DNA of 64,000 nt from contig NC_086097.1 of assembly GCF_963921235.1 (NCBI RefSeq), positions 15,872,001-15,936,000 on the forward strand. The letters are read 5' to 3'. Shown piece by piece: positions 1-12,420 of this stretch. The translations under genes and the position numbers were made by a program. The stretch comes from Mobula hypostoma. Lineage: Eukaryota. The notes beneath the pieces are model-generated. The model saw only the letters and a program-made list of their open reading frames with translations, had not been told where the DNA came from and searched no databases. Numbering within the stretch: position 1 is the first letter of the stretch; the number at the start of each line of letters is the position of its first letter.

Positions 1-925
1 ACTACTCATATGTTGACCCTTTCATTCTTCTAGACCCTCTCCAATGCCAGCACATTTTTTCTTTGATAAGGGGCCCAAAGCTCCTCACAATATTCCAAGT
101 GTGGTGTGACCACTGCCTTATAAAGCTTCAGTATTATATCCTTGCTTTTGTATTCTAGACCTCACAAAATAAATACTGACATTCCTTACCACTGACTCAA
201 CCTGAAAATTAACCTTTAGGGAATCCTAAAGGATGACTCCCAAGTCCCTGTGAACCTCTGATTTTTGAATATTCTCCCCATTTAGAAAATAATTCGTACT
301 CTTCTTCCTTCTACCAAAGTGCATGACCATACACTTCCCTACGTTATGTTCCATCTGCAACTTTCTTTTCCCATTCTCCCAATCTGTAAGTTCTTCTGCA
401 GACACCCTGCTTCCTCAACAATGCCTTCCCCTCCACCTATCTTCATATCATCCGCAAACTTGGCCTCACCACCATCAATTCCTTCATCCTAGTCATTGAA
501 ATATGATGTGAAAAGAAGCAGTTCCAACACCGACCCCAGCAGTGCACCACTAATCATTAGCAGCCAACCGGAAAAGGCCCTCTTTGTTCCCGCTCTTTGC
601 TGCTGTCAGTCAGTCAGTCTTCTACACGTACTAGTATCTTTCCTGTGATATCATGGGCTCTTGTTAAGCAGCCTCATGTGTGGCACCTTGTCAAAGGCTG
701 TCTGAAAATCCAAATAAACAACGTCCACTGATACTCGTTTGTCTCTCTTGCTTGTAATTTCCTCAAAGAATTCCAACAGATTTGTCAGGTAAGATTTCCC
801 CTTTAGAAAACCATGCTGACTTCCGGTAAGTACCCTGAAACTTCATCCTTATTAATAGGCTCCGATCACTGAAGTTGGGCTAACTGGCCTAAAATTTCCC
901 TTCTTCTGCCTCCCTCCCTTAAAGA
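1..925 (-). mobile_element. CR1-clade LINE fragment (RT region), degenerate
   Basis: Homologous to the minus-strand CR1 copies at 15017-17668 and 23430-24650 (e.g. tgtggcaccttgtcaaagg...ctgaaaatcca = DFQ.AFDKVPH). Confidence 0.85.
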
Positions 926-1056
926 GGAAGATAGCAATTTCCTTCAGGAGACCATGTATCTTTGTAGACAGCAAGAGGGACAGCTACATATGATCTTTAT
1001 GATGGCTACAATATGATTACCTTGTCTTACAAACACATATGTGCCTCCTTTTTCAG

Positions 1057-1142
1057 CATGGGAACTGAGAAGTCCAAAACTGAGCAATGCACAAGGTTTA
1101 AGCAGTTCCACGTCGGATCTCTCGTCTGGCCAGCGAACACAG
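1057..1142 (+). CDS. TC2N: TC2N internal coding exon (first in window); Ser-rich region N-terminal to C2A
   Basis: Acceptor ttttcag| at 1056, donor |gtaagt at 1143. Translates (2 nt + 28 codons) WELRSPKLSNAQGLSSSTSDLSSGQRTQ, resembling recalled TC2N '[20 protein letters not shown]...QRFIQ'. Ends phase 0, matching the next exon. Confidence 0.85.
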
Positions 1143-1234
1143 GTAAGTTTATATATGAGTTCAGCAACCAGTCTCGATCACCTTGTTAAAATCCACTGTC
1201 AATAATAGAGACGTAGCTCCTAGAACTTGCCAAG

Positions 1235-1998
1235 TGGGTGGTGGTGTGCAAAACACTACGAGACATTATGTAAAAGACTAGAATATAAAAGCAAGGATGT
1301 AAAGCCTGAGGCCCTATAAGGCATTGGTCAGACTGCACTTGGAGTATTGTGAGCAGTTTTGGGCCTCTTGGCTCAGAAAAGATGTGCTGGTATTGGAGAA
1401 AGTGCATAGGAGGTTCATGAGAGTGACTCTGGGAATAGAAACATAGAAACATAGAAACATAGAAAATAGGTGCAGGAGTAGGCCATTCGGCCCTTCGAGC
1501 CTGCACCGCCATTTATTATGATCATGGCTGATCATCCATGGGGAGGGGAATGAAAGGGTTAAAGTATAAGGACCCTTTAGGCCTGTACTCGCTAGAGTTT
1601 AAAAGAATGAGGGGGCATCTCAATGAAACCTACCAAATGTTGAAAGGCCTCAACAGAGTGGATGTGGAGAGGATGCTTTCAACGGTGGGTGAGTCTAAGA
1701 CCAAAGGACATAGCTTCCGAACAGAAGGATGTCCCCTGAGAGATGATGAGGAGGAATTTCTTTAGCCCGAGCGTAGTGAATCTGTGGAATTCATTGCAAC
1801 AGATGGCTATGGAGGCCACGTCATTTGGTATATTTAAAGTGGAGGTTGATAGGTTCTTGGTTAGTGAGGGCATCGTAGAATGGGGGGAGAAAACAAGAGA
1901 ATGGGGTTGAGAAGGATAATAAATCAGCCATGATGGAATAGTGGAGCAGATTCAATGGGCTGAATGGCCTAATTCTGTGCCTATGTCTTTTGGTCTTA
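1235..1998 (+). mobile_element. CR1-clade LINE 3' fragment containing a nested ~105 bp antisense CR1 tail (about 1434-1540)
   Basis: Translates 'LGLYSLEF.RMRG.L.ETY..LKGL.RVDVERM' (CR1 ORF2 C-terminus) and has a tctta-type tail. The insert matches 48305-48405. Confidence 0.85.
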
Positions 1999-2309
1999 TA
2001 AGCTGCACTTTGCAAACCTGCACAAACAAGTAATGATGAATCTTCTAGCCTTGGACAAGTCACAAGGTACTTTTAAATTTGATAGGAACTTTGATCAGTA
2101 AGCAGCCTGTCTATTGGCATTAGTAAGTGACTTGGAGGTGGTGTGGGGTGTATCAGTCATGTAAGCTCTATCAAGCAGCAAGCAAACTCTACTTGCTCAG
2201 AAAAGAGTATTAATTGAGGAAGAAATGAGAACCGTGGCAACTTCTCTCTATCAAAACAGGGTCTGTTCGATAGAAAGGTAGAAAGATTGGGAGATAATGG
2301 ATTATAAAC

Positions 2310-2800
2310 ACAAGAGATTCAGTTGATGCAGGAAATCCAGATTAACTCACAAAAGTCAGGCAGCATCAATGGAGAGAAATAAACAATCGGCCTATCAGTC
2401 CGAGACCCTTCATCAGGACTGGGAAAGAAGGGGGCAGAAGCTAGTACAAGAAGGGGAGGGGAGGGGAAAGAGTACAAGCTGTCAGATGGTGGGCGAGACC
2501 AGCTGAGAGAGTAGGTGAGTGGGAAAGGGATGGAGTGAGAAGCTGAGAGGTGGTAAGTGGAAGAGGCAAAAGGCTGGGGAAGGAATTTGCTAGGAGGGGA
2601 CGGTAGAAATTGAAAGGGAGAGAGGAGGGGTTTCTGGAGGAACATGATTAAGGAGAATAGAAGGGGTAAAAGGGGAGCCAGAATAGGGAATGGAAAGAAA
2701 TTGCTGAAAATGAGAGAAATCTATGTTCATGCCATCAATTGGAGGCTACCCATTCTGAATATGAGGTGTTGTCCCTCCAACCTGAGGGTGGTCTCATCAT
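2310..2800 (-). mobile_element. Penelope-like element 3'/pLTR fragment, old
   Basis: Similar to 20160-20648, with a degenerate hammerhead motif near 2390-2421 (GAAA changed to GATA). Confidence 0.75.
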
Positions 2801-2847
2801 GAGATCGTTTGGATTTAATTTATTTCTGTGAAGGTAATCTCACTGTC

Positions 2848-3060
2848 AGCTGGCTGATGGTGTAATGGCACTGGATTTTGAGACGCGCGGTCCCGGGTTC
2901 GAATCTGACCGGCTCCTTGCACACTTTCCGCCTGTGCTGGGTTGAGCATCGAGCTAGCAACCCAGCCTCATTTTAAAAAAAAACGGACAAAATGCTAAAG
3001 AAATGGTAAGGATCTGTCCAATGCACCACAAGGCACAGAAAGGAACAACAGCAACAACAG
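2848..3060 (+). mobile_element. tRNA-derived SINE with (CAA)n-like tail
   Basis: A-box-like tggtgtaatgg, B box ggttcgaatc, tail aacaacagcaacaacag. Confidence 0.65.
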
Positions 3061-3443
3061 TCTCTCTATCATGTGGTCAACGAGGCTGATTGGGAATATA
3101 CCTGGACATCTCCATTCTCCTTCAGCGTGCTGTTCCATGCTGTTTTCAGGCTGTGAACTGTGGGGATTTGATGCTTTGCACACCATGGTGTTGGGTCAAT
3201 CATAAATCGAGCCCTTTGGCCCATGCTGACCATTCACACTGATTCTACACTTATCCCATTTTTATTCTGCACACATTCTCAGCTCCTCTTATATTCTACA
3301 ACTCACCTCTACACTAGGGACAGTTTACAATAATTCCAGATTCATGATTGTTTAATGTCATTTCCAGCACACAAGTGTAAAGGGGAAACAAAATATCCAA
3401 TGCAGCATAAACAAACACAAAGATAAAAAAAATGCAATAAACC

Positions 3444-3971
3444 TACAGTGCTGTTCGTAAGTCTTCAGCACATATTGACAGCTAGGGTACTTCAGATCTT
3501 TGCACAGTACTGTAGTAATTTTGTGTGTTGCACTGTACAGCCACTGCAAAAAAAAACAAATTTCATGACACATGTGAGCGATGATAAACCTGATTCTGAT
3601 ATGAGTCTCTATTGTGGACTGAGAGTGGGAAGGGGGAAGGGAAAGGGGAATCATGGTTGGGAAAAGGGGAAGGGAGAGGAAAGGAAGCAGGAAGCATCAG
3701 GGAGACATTCTGTAATGATCAATAAACCAATGGTTTGCAATCAAATGACCTTGCCTGGCATCTCACCCACACCACCCACTCCCCCATCCCTGACACTCCT
3801 TCTCTGCTACCTGTCCCATATCCCTCCCTCAGCACTCCACCCTTGCCATTCCCAGCATCCTTTCCTCGCACCAGATTTACAAACTCTCTCTCTGCTTCAT
3901 GCTGACAAATATAGTCATGTGCAAAAGTCTTTAGGCACTGTAGCTCATATCTCCTTTTGCACAGTACTGTA
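3444..3971. mobile_element. Two Tc1-type mini-palindromes (3444-3514, 3910-3971) bracketing a repeat segment with a Rex1-like tail
   Basis: TA-CAGTACTGTGCAAAAGTCTT-type termini. The internal part is homologous to 30735-31050 (inverted). Confidence 0.65.
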
Positions 3972-4658
3972 AACACATAAGATAGCTTGATAGCTTGATG
4001 GATTGATTGTATGTCTATAAAGTGAGACCAGGTACAGTATGTAAAATGACTCTGACTGGAAATGATGAGGTGGTGTGTTGGGGGGGTGTTGATCAGCCTT
4101 ACTTCGCGAGGGAAAAAAACTGTTTTTGTAGCCAGTTACGTAAGTTAACCACCCGTATATCTTTGGGATGTGAGGGGAAATCAGTGCACCCAGAGGAGAT
4201 CCACATGGTTAGTCAGACAATGTTCAAGCTTCATAGAGACAGCAGACTGAGCCTGTGTCCCTCTTTGGGCCTTCTCGCTGAGCTACAGTGTTGCCCTTCA
4301 CTTTCGCAGTCAGTAAGCTTTAAACTCAGGTTTCCAAATACAGGGCACAGACCTATTTTATATTACCAAGTGCTTCAAAGATAAGATTTCCATTAATGAG
4401 ACCACTGGACCCCATTACAATCAAATGTCTTGTACTTTGATTCTGAGTTGAATTTCCTTTTAAGTCCACTGGGAAGATCCGTGAGAAATGGTGACTGGTG
4501 TCTGTGAGATAGAATAGTGCATCACAGGAACAGCCCATTTGGCCCACAATGTTGTATCAAACCAACTATAAAGCAAATCAAACACACCCAAACACCAATC
4601 CCTCCTACGTACACCATGCCTGTATCCCTTTATCTTCTTTACATCCACATGCCTATCT

Positions 4659-4837
4659 TAATTAAATTAAAGACATCCATTAGTCTTGCGAGACCATGGA
4701 TCTGCGCCTGGAAAGTCTTCACTCTCCAGGGCGCAGGCCTGGGCAAGGTTGTATGGAAGACCAGCAGTTGCCCATGCTGCAAGTCTCCCCTCTTCAGGTC
4801 ACTAGTCCAATGCCTTAACCACTTGGCCACGTGCCCA
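4659..4837 (-). mobile_element. Internally deleted copy of the SINE at 21572, inserted in a CR1 3' fragment (about 4500-5110, minus)
   Basis: TSD CACATGCCTATCT at 4646-4658 and 4838-4850. Head and tail match 21572-21886. Confidence 0.85.
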
Positions 4838-6204
4838 CACATGCCTATCTAAACATCCCTTAAAAGTTTCCAGCGTATTTGCCTCTACCACCATACCAGG
4901 CACACATTCCAGGCACCTACAGCTCTGAGTAAAAAAAAAAGCTTGCCTCACACATCTCCCTTCAATCTACCCCCTCTTGCCCTCAATGCATGCCCCATTT
5001 CAAACCTGGGAAACAGATACTCTCTGTCCACTCTATCTGTGCCTCTCATAATCTTGTAAACTTCTATCAGGTCTCCCCTCAGCCTCCAACGCTCCAGAGA
5101 AAACAACCCATAGAACGTTTGGTTTATCAAAGCAGCACTTATTTAAAGACCACATGTTTTGACAAAATGTCTCTTCCCCCTCCACCCCGCCCCCGTGAAC
5201 CATTGAAGTTCACGTGCTGGGGTTGCTCTCATTCCGCGTTGTGGATGTTCCTGTTGTCTGGCCTTGCCACTGTCAGGGTGCTTCTCCAGTCAGGATGGTC
5301 ATGTTTCTGATATTTCCAGGGTTAGGGTGTTCCCACAGTGACATCAGGGAAAGAAAGTATTTTCACTGTAACTTTGCAATTTACCCGTCTCCTTCGGTGC
5401 CATTGGCAGTTTCTGTCACGCGATTGCGGGAGTGGATTGACGTGAGCCAGGGAGTGGCTGCAAATTTCTTTGAGTGTCAAACGTGGAATATTACTGCACA
5501 GTACAGGCCCTTCGGCCCACAATGTTGTGCCGATCTTTTAACCTACATGAAGATCAGTTTAACCATTCCCTTCTACGTAGCTCTCCACGTTTCTGTCATC
5601 CTCGTGCCTACCTAAGAGTTTCTCAAAAGCCCCTAATGTGTCTGCCTCTACCACCACCCTGGCAGGGTGTTCCACACAACCAACACTCTCTGTGGAAAGA
5701 ACTTGCTTCTGACATCCACCCCTGCCCCCATACTTTCCCAAGTCCAAAGTAAATTTAAGATGACTGGAGGGAAGTAACTTTATGTCCCCTTACGTAAACC
5801 GTTTTCACCCCGGGGGTCCACTCGCAAACAAGAGAAAATCTGTAGATGCTGGAAATCCAAGCAACACACACAAAGTGCTGGAGGATCTCAGCGGGCCAGA
5901 CAGCATCTATGGAAAAAGTACAGTCAACGTTTCGGGCCAAGACCCTTCGGTAGGACTGGAGAAAAATAGAGGAGGTGGAGGGTATCAGGAGTGGGATACT
6001 TTCGATTGTTGTGGCGTGGATGAAATTACTGGAGAGACAGAGTCACTGGTAGATACAAAGCAGCTTCTTTATTCGACACAACAAGGTACAGCAGGCATCT
6101 TACGGACGGAAACAACAGGAATTCTGCAGATGCTGGAAATTCAAGCAACACATATCAAAGTTGCTGGTGAACACAGCGGGCCAGGCAGCATCTAGGAAGA
6201 GGTA

Positions 6205-6241
6205 CAGTCGACGTTTCAGGCCGAGACCCTTCGTCAGGACT
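6205..6241 (-). ncRNA. Minimal type-I hammerhead ribozyme motif
   Basis: Minus strand reads AGTC-CTGACGA-AGGGTCTCGGCCT-GAAAC-GTC-GACTG. Confidence 0.7.
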
Positions 6242-6245
6242 TCGT

Positions 6246-6283
6246 TAGTCCTGACGATGGGTCTCGGCCTGAAACGTCGACTG
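6246..6283 (+). ncRNA. Minimal type-I hammerhead ribozyme motif
   Basis: TAGTC-CTGACGA-TGGGTCTCGGCCT-GAAAC-GTC-GACTG. Core intact, one change at the base of helix II. Confidence 0.65.
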
Positions 6284-8134
6284 TACCTCTTCCTAGAGAT
6301 GCTGCCTGGCCCGCTGCGTTCACCAGCAACTTTGATGTATCTTACGGACGGAGACGCTTTCCGCAGAAAGGTCTGCTAGCTCAGTGTGGGCTTGATATTT
6401 ATATGCTAAGCACAAAGGCAATGGCTACTTAAAAAGTTACAGACAATGCATAGACAATGCTTCCTATTGAAGCTACATACAAAATCTCACACCATCCTTT
6501 CCTTCCGATGCCAACATGTCTGGGTTGATATCCACAGCCTTTAGGATTTACTTGGCATTTTGCGTGCTAACATAGAAGACAATTAATATTTATAATGTAT
6601 AGATAATACTGTCTTCGAAACTACAGCTTTAGGTCAAACTACTGCGCCAGAAGCATCTGGTTTTCACACCTTTTAGGAAGCCCATTGGGGTGGACTCAAT
6701 CCACAATACTTTGTCAAATAGAAGTCTGGTGGCCAAAGTCATTTAAGGGTAAACAAATCATCTACCCAAAAGTTGAGACAGATTGGTTCTTTGATTTCAG
6801 TTTAACAGTGGAGCAGAAAGATGATTCCTCTGATGGTTCAGCATTCCCTCACCCCAGCACTTATTAAAGGTCAAGCAGCGTTTTTGTGCCTGAGAGGAAT
6901 TTGAAGCCACACTCTGAGAGGGGTCAGTGAAACTGGACTATGGATTCAACTTCAATGTACATGAAAATATCTTTTGCTCCTCCAACTGAACTCACCTCTG
7001 TTCTATTGCTTTCAAAGAAAAAAGATGAAAATCTTCTATTGTAAATATATTATTTTGTGGAAAGCCATAAGAGAAGTAGCTATGAAAACTGCTGGGATGC
7101 CTAAGTATACCATTAAAGAAGAATTTGCCTTTCAGTGCATGCTTCAGATATGAGAGCATTACTGAAGTACAGTTAAAATTTATTTTAAAATCTCGGAAAG
7201 AAATTTCTCCTCTCAATCAAAGTTCAAAGTAAATTCATTATCAAAACACATAAATTTCACCATATACAACACTGAGATTCATTTTCTTGCAGGTATTCAC
7301 AGCAAATACAAAGAAACAACAGAATCAATGAAAGACCGCAGCCAACAAGACAACAAACTGTGCTTATAGGAAAAGAATAAATAAATAATCAATAAATATC
7401 GAGAACATTAGATGAAGAGACCATGAAAGTGAGTCCATAGATGTGGGAACATCTCAGTGCTGGGGCAAGTGAATTTCAGTGAAGTTATCTCCATTGGTTC
7501 AAGACCCTGATGGTTAGGGGGTAATAACTGTTCCTGAACCTGGTGGTGAGAGTCCTGAGGCTTCTGTACCACCTTCCTGAGAAGACAAGAGTACATAGCT
7601 ATCAGATCTCCATATCTTATGGCTGCTCCTTCAAGACTGCAATAATTCTCTTTCTGGTGTTTGCTTATATTTTTATTTTAAAATGCCATGATTTGACAAG
7701 GTTTCAGTGGATGGATTTATTGGATGAGGGAGGAGACTAGACCACTCTGTTGTTCCCTTGATGATTCAGCAGACTGACCTCTTTCCCACAAAAGAGGGTT
7801 TGGGATTTCTATTGAGATTAATTATTCCTGTATGGCCACTTTCAGTTTGAGAATGTTTGTTTATTTTGGAAAACATCATGAAATTTTGCTCGTGAAATGC
7901 ACACACTGACTTAGTTTGGCTCAGTGACTAAATGCTGGACTCGGTTGTGTGTGGACTCTGTCCTCACCTCTCGCTGCCTCGGTAAGGTAGTGAACAAATA
8001 TAAAGGTCCCATCCACTCCAAAATTTTCTCTTCGCCTCCACCCTCCGGTCAGGCAGAAGGTACAAAAGCTTGAAAGCTGTAACATCAGACTCAAGTACAG
8101 CTACTATCCTGACTTGAATAGTTTCCTAATACTG

Positions 8135-8385
8135 GGGACACCACGGTAGAACAATACTATAACAGCTTGGGATGTTAGAGTTCAATTCCAGCACTGTCTT
8201 TAAGGAGCTTTTACGTTCTCCCCTTTACTGCACGGATCTCCTCTGGGTGCTCTGTTCTTTTCCCACAGTCCAAAGCTGTAGCAGTTAGGTTAATTGGTCA
8301 TTGTAAATTGTCCTGTGACTAGGCTAGGGTTAAATAGGTGGCCGGCTGGGCTGTGTGGCTGGTTCCATGCTATATCTCTAATCTT
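8135..8385 (+). mobile_element. V-domain SINE (HE1-like); further copies at about 22675-22960, 35770-36105, 37195-37430(-), 44170-44440(-), 52197-52790, 58632-58910
   Basis: tRNA-like head (gttcaattcc), V-domain-like gggtgctccggtttcct...cagtccaaag...taggttaattggtcattg, CR1-like tail tgtatctctaaata. Confidence 0.75.
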
Positions 8386-8681
8386 AAAAAACAGCTAAAA
8401 TGAACTTTTGAAGTCTCAGTCTATCTCAGCATAGCCTTGTACCTTATTGTCTCCCTGCAGTGCACTTTTTCTGTAACTGTCACACTTCATTCTGCATTCT
8501 CTCACTATTTTCCATTGCACTATCTGAAGGTACTGACCTGATTCAATGATCTGTGTGGATGTCATGCAAAACAAAGTTTTATTCACCATACCTTGGTACG
8601 TGTGAAAATAATAAACCAATTTACCAATGTCCCCCTCACCAATCCAATCCTTGATTCATTTTGCTAACTGGATTTACCCTG

Positions 8682-8970
8682 ATAATAATAATAATAATAA
8701 TAGTAATAATAGCTTATTTATAAAGCAGTTTTTTTACAGATGACTTAGTTCAGAGTGCTTTACTTTGGGATGAAGTGCAAACATAAACTTAAAAGACTAA
8801 AAGATGTTAGTTAAAAGAAAGGTTAAATAAATAGGTTTTGTGCTGGCGTTAAAGTGTTAACTGCGTTGGCATCCCTTGAAGTTTTAGGTACTGAGAAATG
8901 ATCTAGTGCTTTAGATTAAGCAACTAGGTATTGAGTTTTACACTTTAGGACTGTAGTTCAAAATGATGTT
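8682..8970 (-). mobile_element. L2-like LINE 3' end with (TTA)n tail; second copy at 50492-50513 + 51173-51500
   Basis: (aat)n run followed by ttatttata.agca...cagagtgcttt. The two copies align with each other. Confidence 0.6.
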
Positions 8971-10689
8971 ATCAGGGCTATGGTGATATCAGGGTTAACT
9001 AACTAAGACTGGTGATCCAGAGTTTAACATCTTGAAACCTTGCATTCCAATCCCCAAGAATGTGACATCAGTATGTACCTTGTCATATAATCACCAAGCA
9101 TAGAACTAGTTCATTGTATTTTTCCACCAACCATCAAATATTCACTTATAGTGGAACAACGCTAATCATGTATTTTTTTTTATTTTTCCCACATCATGAT
9201 CAGGACCCCTGCACTACCTCCCCTCTCCATAATTCTATCACTCACTTGTGTAATTTACAGTGGCCAATTAATGGAATAAAGCCATGTGACCACATGGAGA
9301 GCATGCAAACTCCATATAGGCTGCACTGGAGATCAGTATTAAACCTGGGTCACACTGGTGCTTTGAGGCAATAGCTCTGTTCAGCCCCTGGAGAATATTA
9401 CTCGGTTGGACACTGAGAATGTAAGATGCTGCTGTTTAGTGGTGTGACAGATGGCAGGAAAGCTGCGTGGTCTTGGTGGTAATGAGGACTAGGCCTCAAA
9501 CCTTAGGCTTGTCTGCTGCTTCAGTCCAGAAGAGGAGACACTGGAGGTGGTGTAGCATGGTGTCCATGCTTGGTTGTGGGCTGGCCCCACCCATTGGTGC
9601 TACCCTCCAGTGTTTGTTTGGTGGTATGACAGGCTGAATTGTGTGCGTCTGCGCATGTCCGGGAACTGTGTCATCAATTTGCAGGACATGTCGCTCAGGG
9701 ACGGCTATATATATGGTTTTTTTGCTCTAAATTTTGAATGTACTGTGTATGTTTTGCACCTTGACCGCAGAGAAATGCTGTTTTGTCCGACTGTATTCAT
9801 ATATGGTTGAATGATAATTAAACTTGAATTTGATTTGATTAAGATCACCCTCATTTCAAAGTTCAAGTTCAGTTTATTGTCATTCAAGTGTACACATGTA
9901 TACTGCCAAACAAAATGTTTCTCCAGACCAAGGCGCACAACACAGTAACTCTCACACATACAACACATAAAGTATATCACAAATAAATTTACAAATAATC
10001 AGGTGCATTTATGATATAAGTTTAAAAAGTTAGCTGTCACAACTTACATGATGACACCTGGGTGGTGCCAAGAAGTTTACTAATCTCACGGCCTGGGCTA
10101 TGAATCCGTTTCCTATCCTAACGGTTCTTATTCTAATGCAATGGTACTTCCTGCTTGATGGTAGGGGTTCAGCAAGGTTGCTGGATGGATGGGAGGGATC
10201 ATTAACAATACTAAGGGCCCTACATCACAGGGTTCTGGATTAATATAAAATTATGTGTATGTTACTGTATACTACCCTGTGATTCATTTTCTTGTGGGCA
10301 TTCACAGTAGATACAAGGGAATACAATAGAATTCAATGAAAGTTGTTCATTTTGATTTTGAATGCAAATAAGTCATTTTTGCTGAACTCCAGCTCAACAT
10401 GTTCAAATTTTCTCATTACACAGTTGCTTCAGCTTGGGTATCAACATTTATTGAACTGCATACGACGCCATTATATTCCCTCTAAAGTCGGAGATGTAAG
10501 CCATACTCCGCATCTGATCTCGCCATTGTCGTAAGACTGCCCTTTTTATTCCATTGAACCTAAATGGCCCACATACAGACCTGTGAGAAGGTTGCGGTGG
10601 ATTGCCACACTAGCAAAGGTGTTAGCTGATACAGAGCGGGGTCTCAGGGTAGCAGAGCAGGCAGTCATTTTGCCTGAATACTAAGTATG

Positions 10690-12420
10690 TGTGTAAAGAG
10701 GAGCACAAAAGCATCTTCAACCTGGCCTTGTGAGGAGCATCTTGTACTTCAGAGTTTTCTGAGGAGATGTCAAAACAAATTGTGGCTGAAGGATGGTTGT
10801 AGTTGGGAGCTGAATGTCCAAGGTTACACATTGTATCAGAGCGATAGGAAGGTAGCCAAAAGGGGTGACGTGGCTCTGCTGGTAAAGAACGGTATCTAAT
10901 CATTAAATTGATGTGACAGAGGATCAGAAGATGTTAAATCCTTGTGGGTTGAGTTAAGAAATTGCAAGGGTAAAAGGACCCTGATGGCAGTTATATACAG
11001 GTCTCCCAACAGTGGTTGGGATGTGGACTACAGATTACAATGGGAAATAGAAAAGACATGGTAATATAATCAATCCAAAAATCTGAAATGCAAAGGGTCT
11101 TGGGAGTCCTTGTACAGAACTCCCTAAAGGTTATTTTGCAGGTTGAGCTGGTTGTGAGGAAGGCAAATGCAATGTTTGCATTCATTTCAAGAGGTATGGA
11201 ATACAGGAGCGGGGATGAGATGCTGAGGCTTTATGAGGCACTGGTGAGACCTCTCCCTGAGTATTGTGAACAGTTTTGGGTTCCTTATCGTAGAAGAGGT
11301 GTGATGGCATTAAAGAGGGCTCAGAGGAGGTTCACAAGGATGATTCCATGAATGAAAGATTTATCATATGAGGAACGTTTGATAGCTCTGAGCCTGTATG
11401 CACTGAAATTTAGAAGGATGGGTGGGGGGGGGGGGGATCTCATTGAAAACTTTTGAATGTTGAAAGGCCTAGACAGAATAGATGTGGAAAGGATATTTCC
11501 TGTGGTGAGGGAGTTTTGGACAAGGAGGCACAGCCTCAGGACAGAGGGGTGTCCATTTTAAAACAGAGATGCTGAGAAATCTCTTTAGACAGAGGGTGGT
11601 GAATTTGTGGAATTTGTTACCACAGGCACCCATGGAAGCCTGGTCATTGGGTGTACTTAAGGCAGAGATTGATTAATTTAAGGTTCCTGATTGGTCACAG
11701 CATCAAAGGGTACGGGGAAAAGGCCAGGGAGTGGGGCTGAGGAGGGGGAAAGAAAAGGATCATCTGTAATTGAATGATGGAGCAGACTCAATGGGCCAAG
11801 TAGCCTAATTCTGCTCCTATGTCTTATGGTCTTATAGTCTTATGGAGTTCAAGATCTGTGAGGTAATGTTTCAGCTCGCTGAAACACAGTTTAGACCACA
11901 CTTAGAATATTGTTTTTGATTCTGGTCACCTCATTATAGGTAAAATGTGGAAGCTTTAGAAAGGGTCCAGAGGAGATTTACCAGGATGCTGCTGGATTAG
12001 AAAAAAGGTCATGAGGAAAAGTTGAGCAAGCTAGGACTTTACTCTTTGGAGCAAAAGCGGATAACAGGCGAGTTGATAGGAGTTTCTCCCAGGGTGGCAA
12101 TGACCAGTGAATGAATGAGTGAGTGAATGAATACCAAAGAACATCCATTTAAGGTGAGTGGAGGAAAGTTTAGGGGAGATCCAGAGGTAGTTTTCTTTTG
12201 CACAGAATGGTGTGTCCCTGGAACACACTACCAGGGTGTTTGCGATTGATACAACAGGGAGAGTTAAGAAACTCTTAGGTAGTCACATGGATGTAAGGAA
12301 AATGGAGGGTTATGAGCTGTGTAAGAGGAAAGGATTAAATTAATCCTGAAGTAGGTTAAAAGGTTGGCACTATATAGTGAGCCAAAGGGCCCCTACTGAG
12401 CTGTACGGTTCTGTGTTCTA
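10690..12420 (+). mobile_element. CR1-clade LINE fragments (endonuclease remnant, ORF2 C-terminus and tail, then a second 3' fragment)
   Basis: ORF 11088-11351 'LGVLV..SLK...QVE.VVRKAN.M.AFISRG.EY...MLRLY.ALVRP..EYCEQFW'. Confidence 0.85.

Larger units (their letters stand above)
6111..6338. mobile_element. Palindromic Penelope pLTR mini-insertion with a hammerhead motif on each strand
   Basis: TSD ATCTTACGGACGGA at 6097-6110 and 6339-6352. The two arms are inverted copies of 20514-20648. Confidence 0.9.
6007..6708 (-). mobile_element. Candidate solo LTR (~460 bp without the PLE insert)
   Basis: Termini TGTTGTGG...CCACAATA. Minus-strand ATATAAA (6398-6404) followed by AATAAA (6068-6073). 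No clear TSD. Confidence 0.5.

Noticed and set aside
4781..4810. The SINE internal deletion can be drawn with GT...AG ends, as if spliced
   Set aside because: The donor (GTCGTG) is weak, the acceptor has no pyrimidine tract, and a 2 nt AG microhomology explains the junction equally well.
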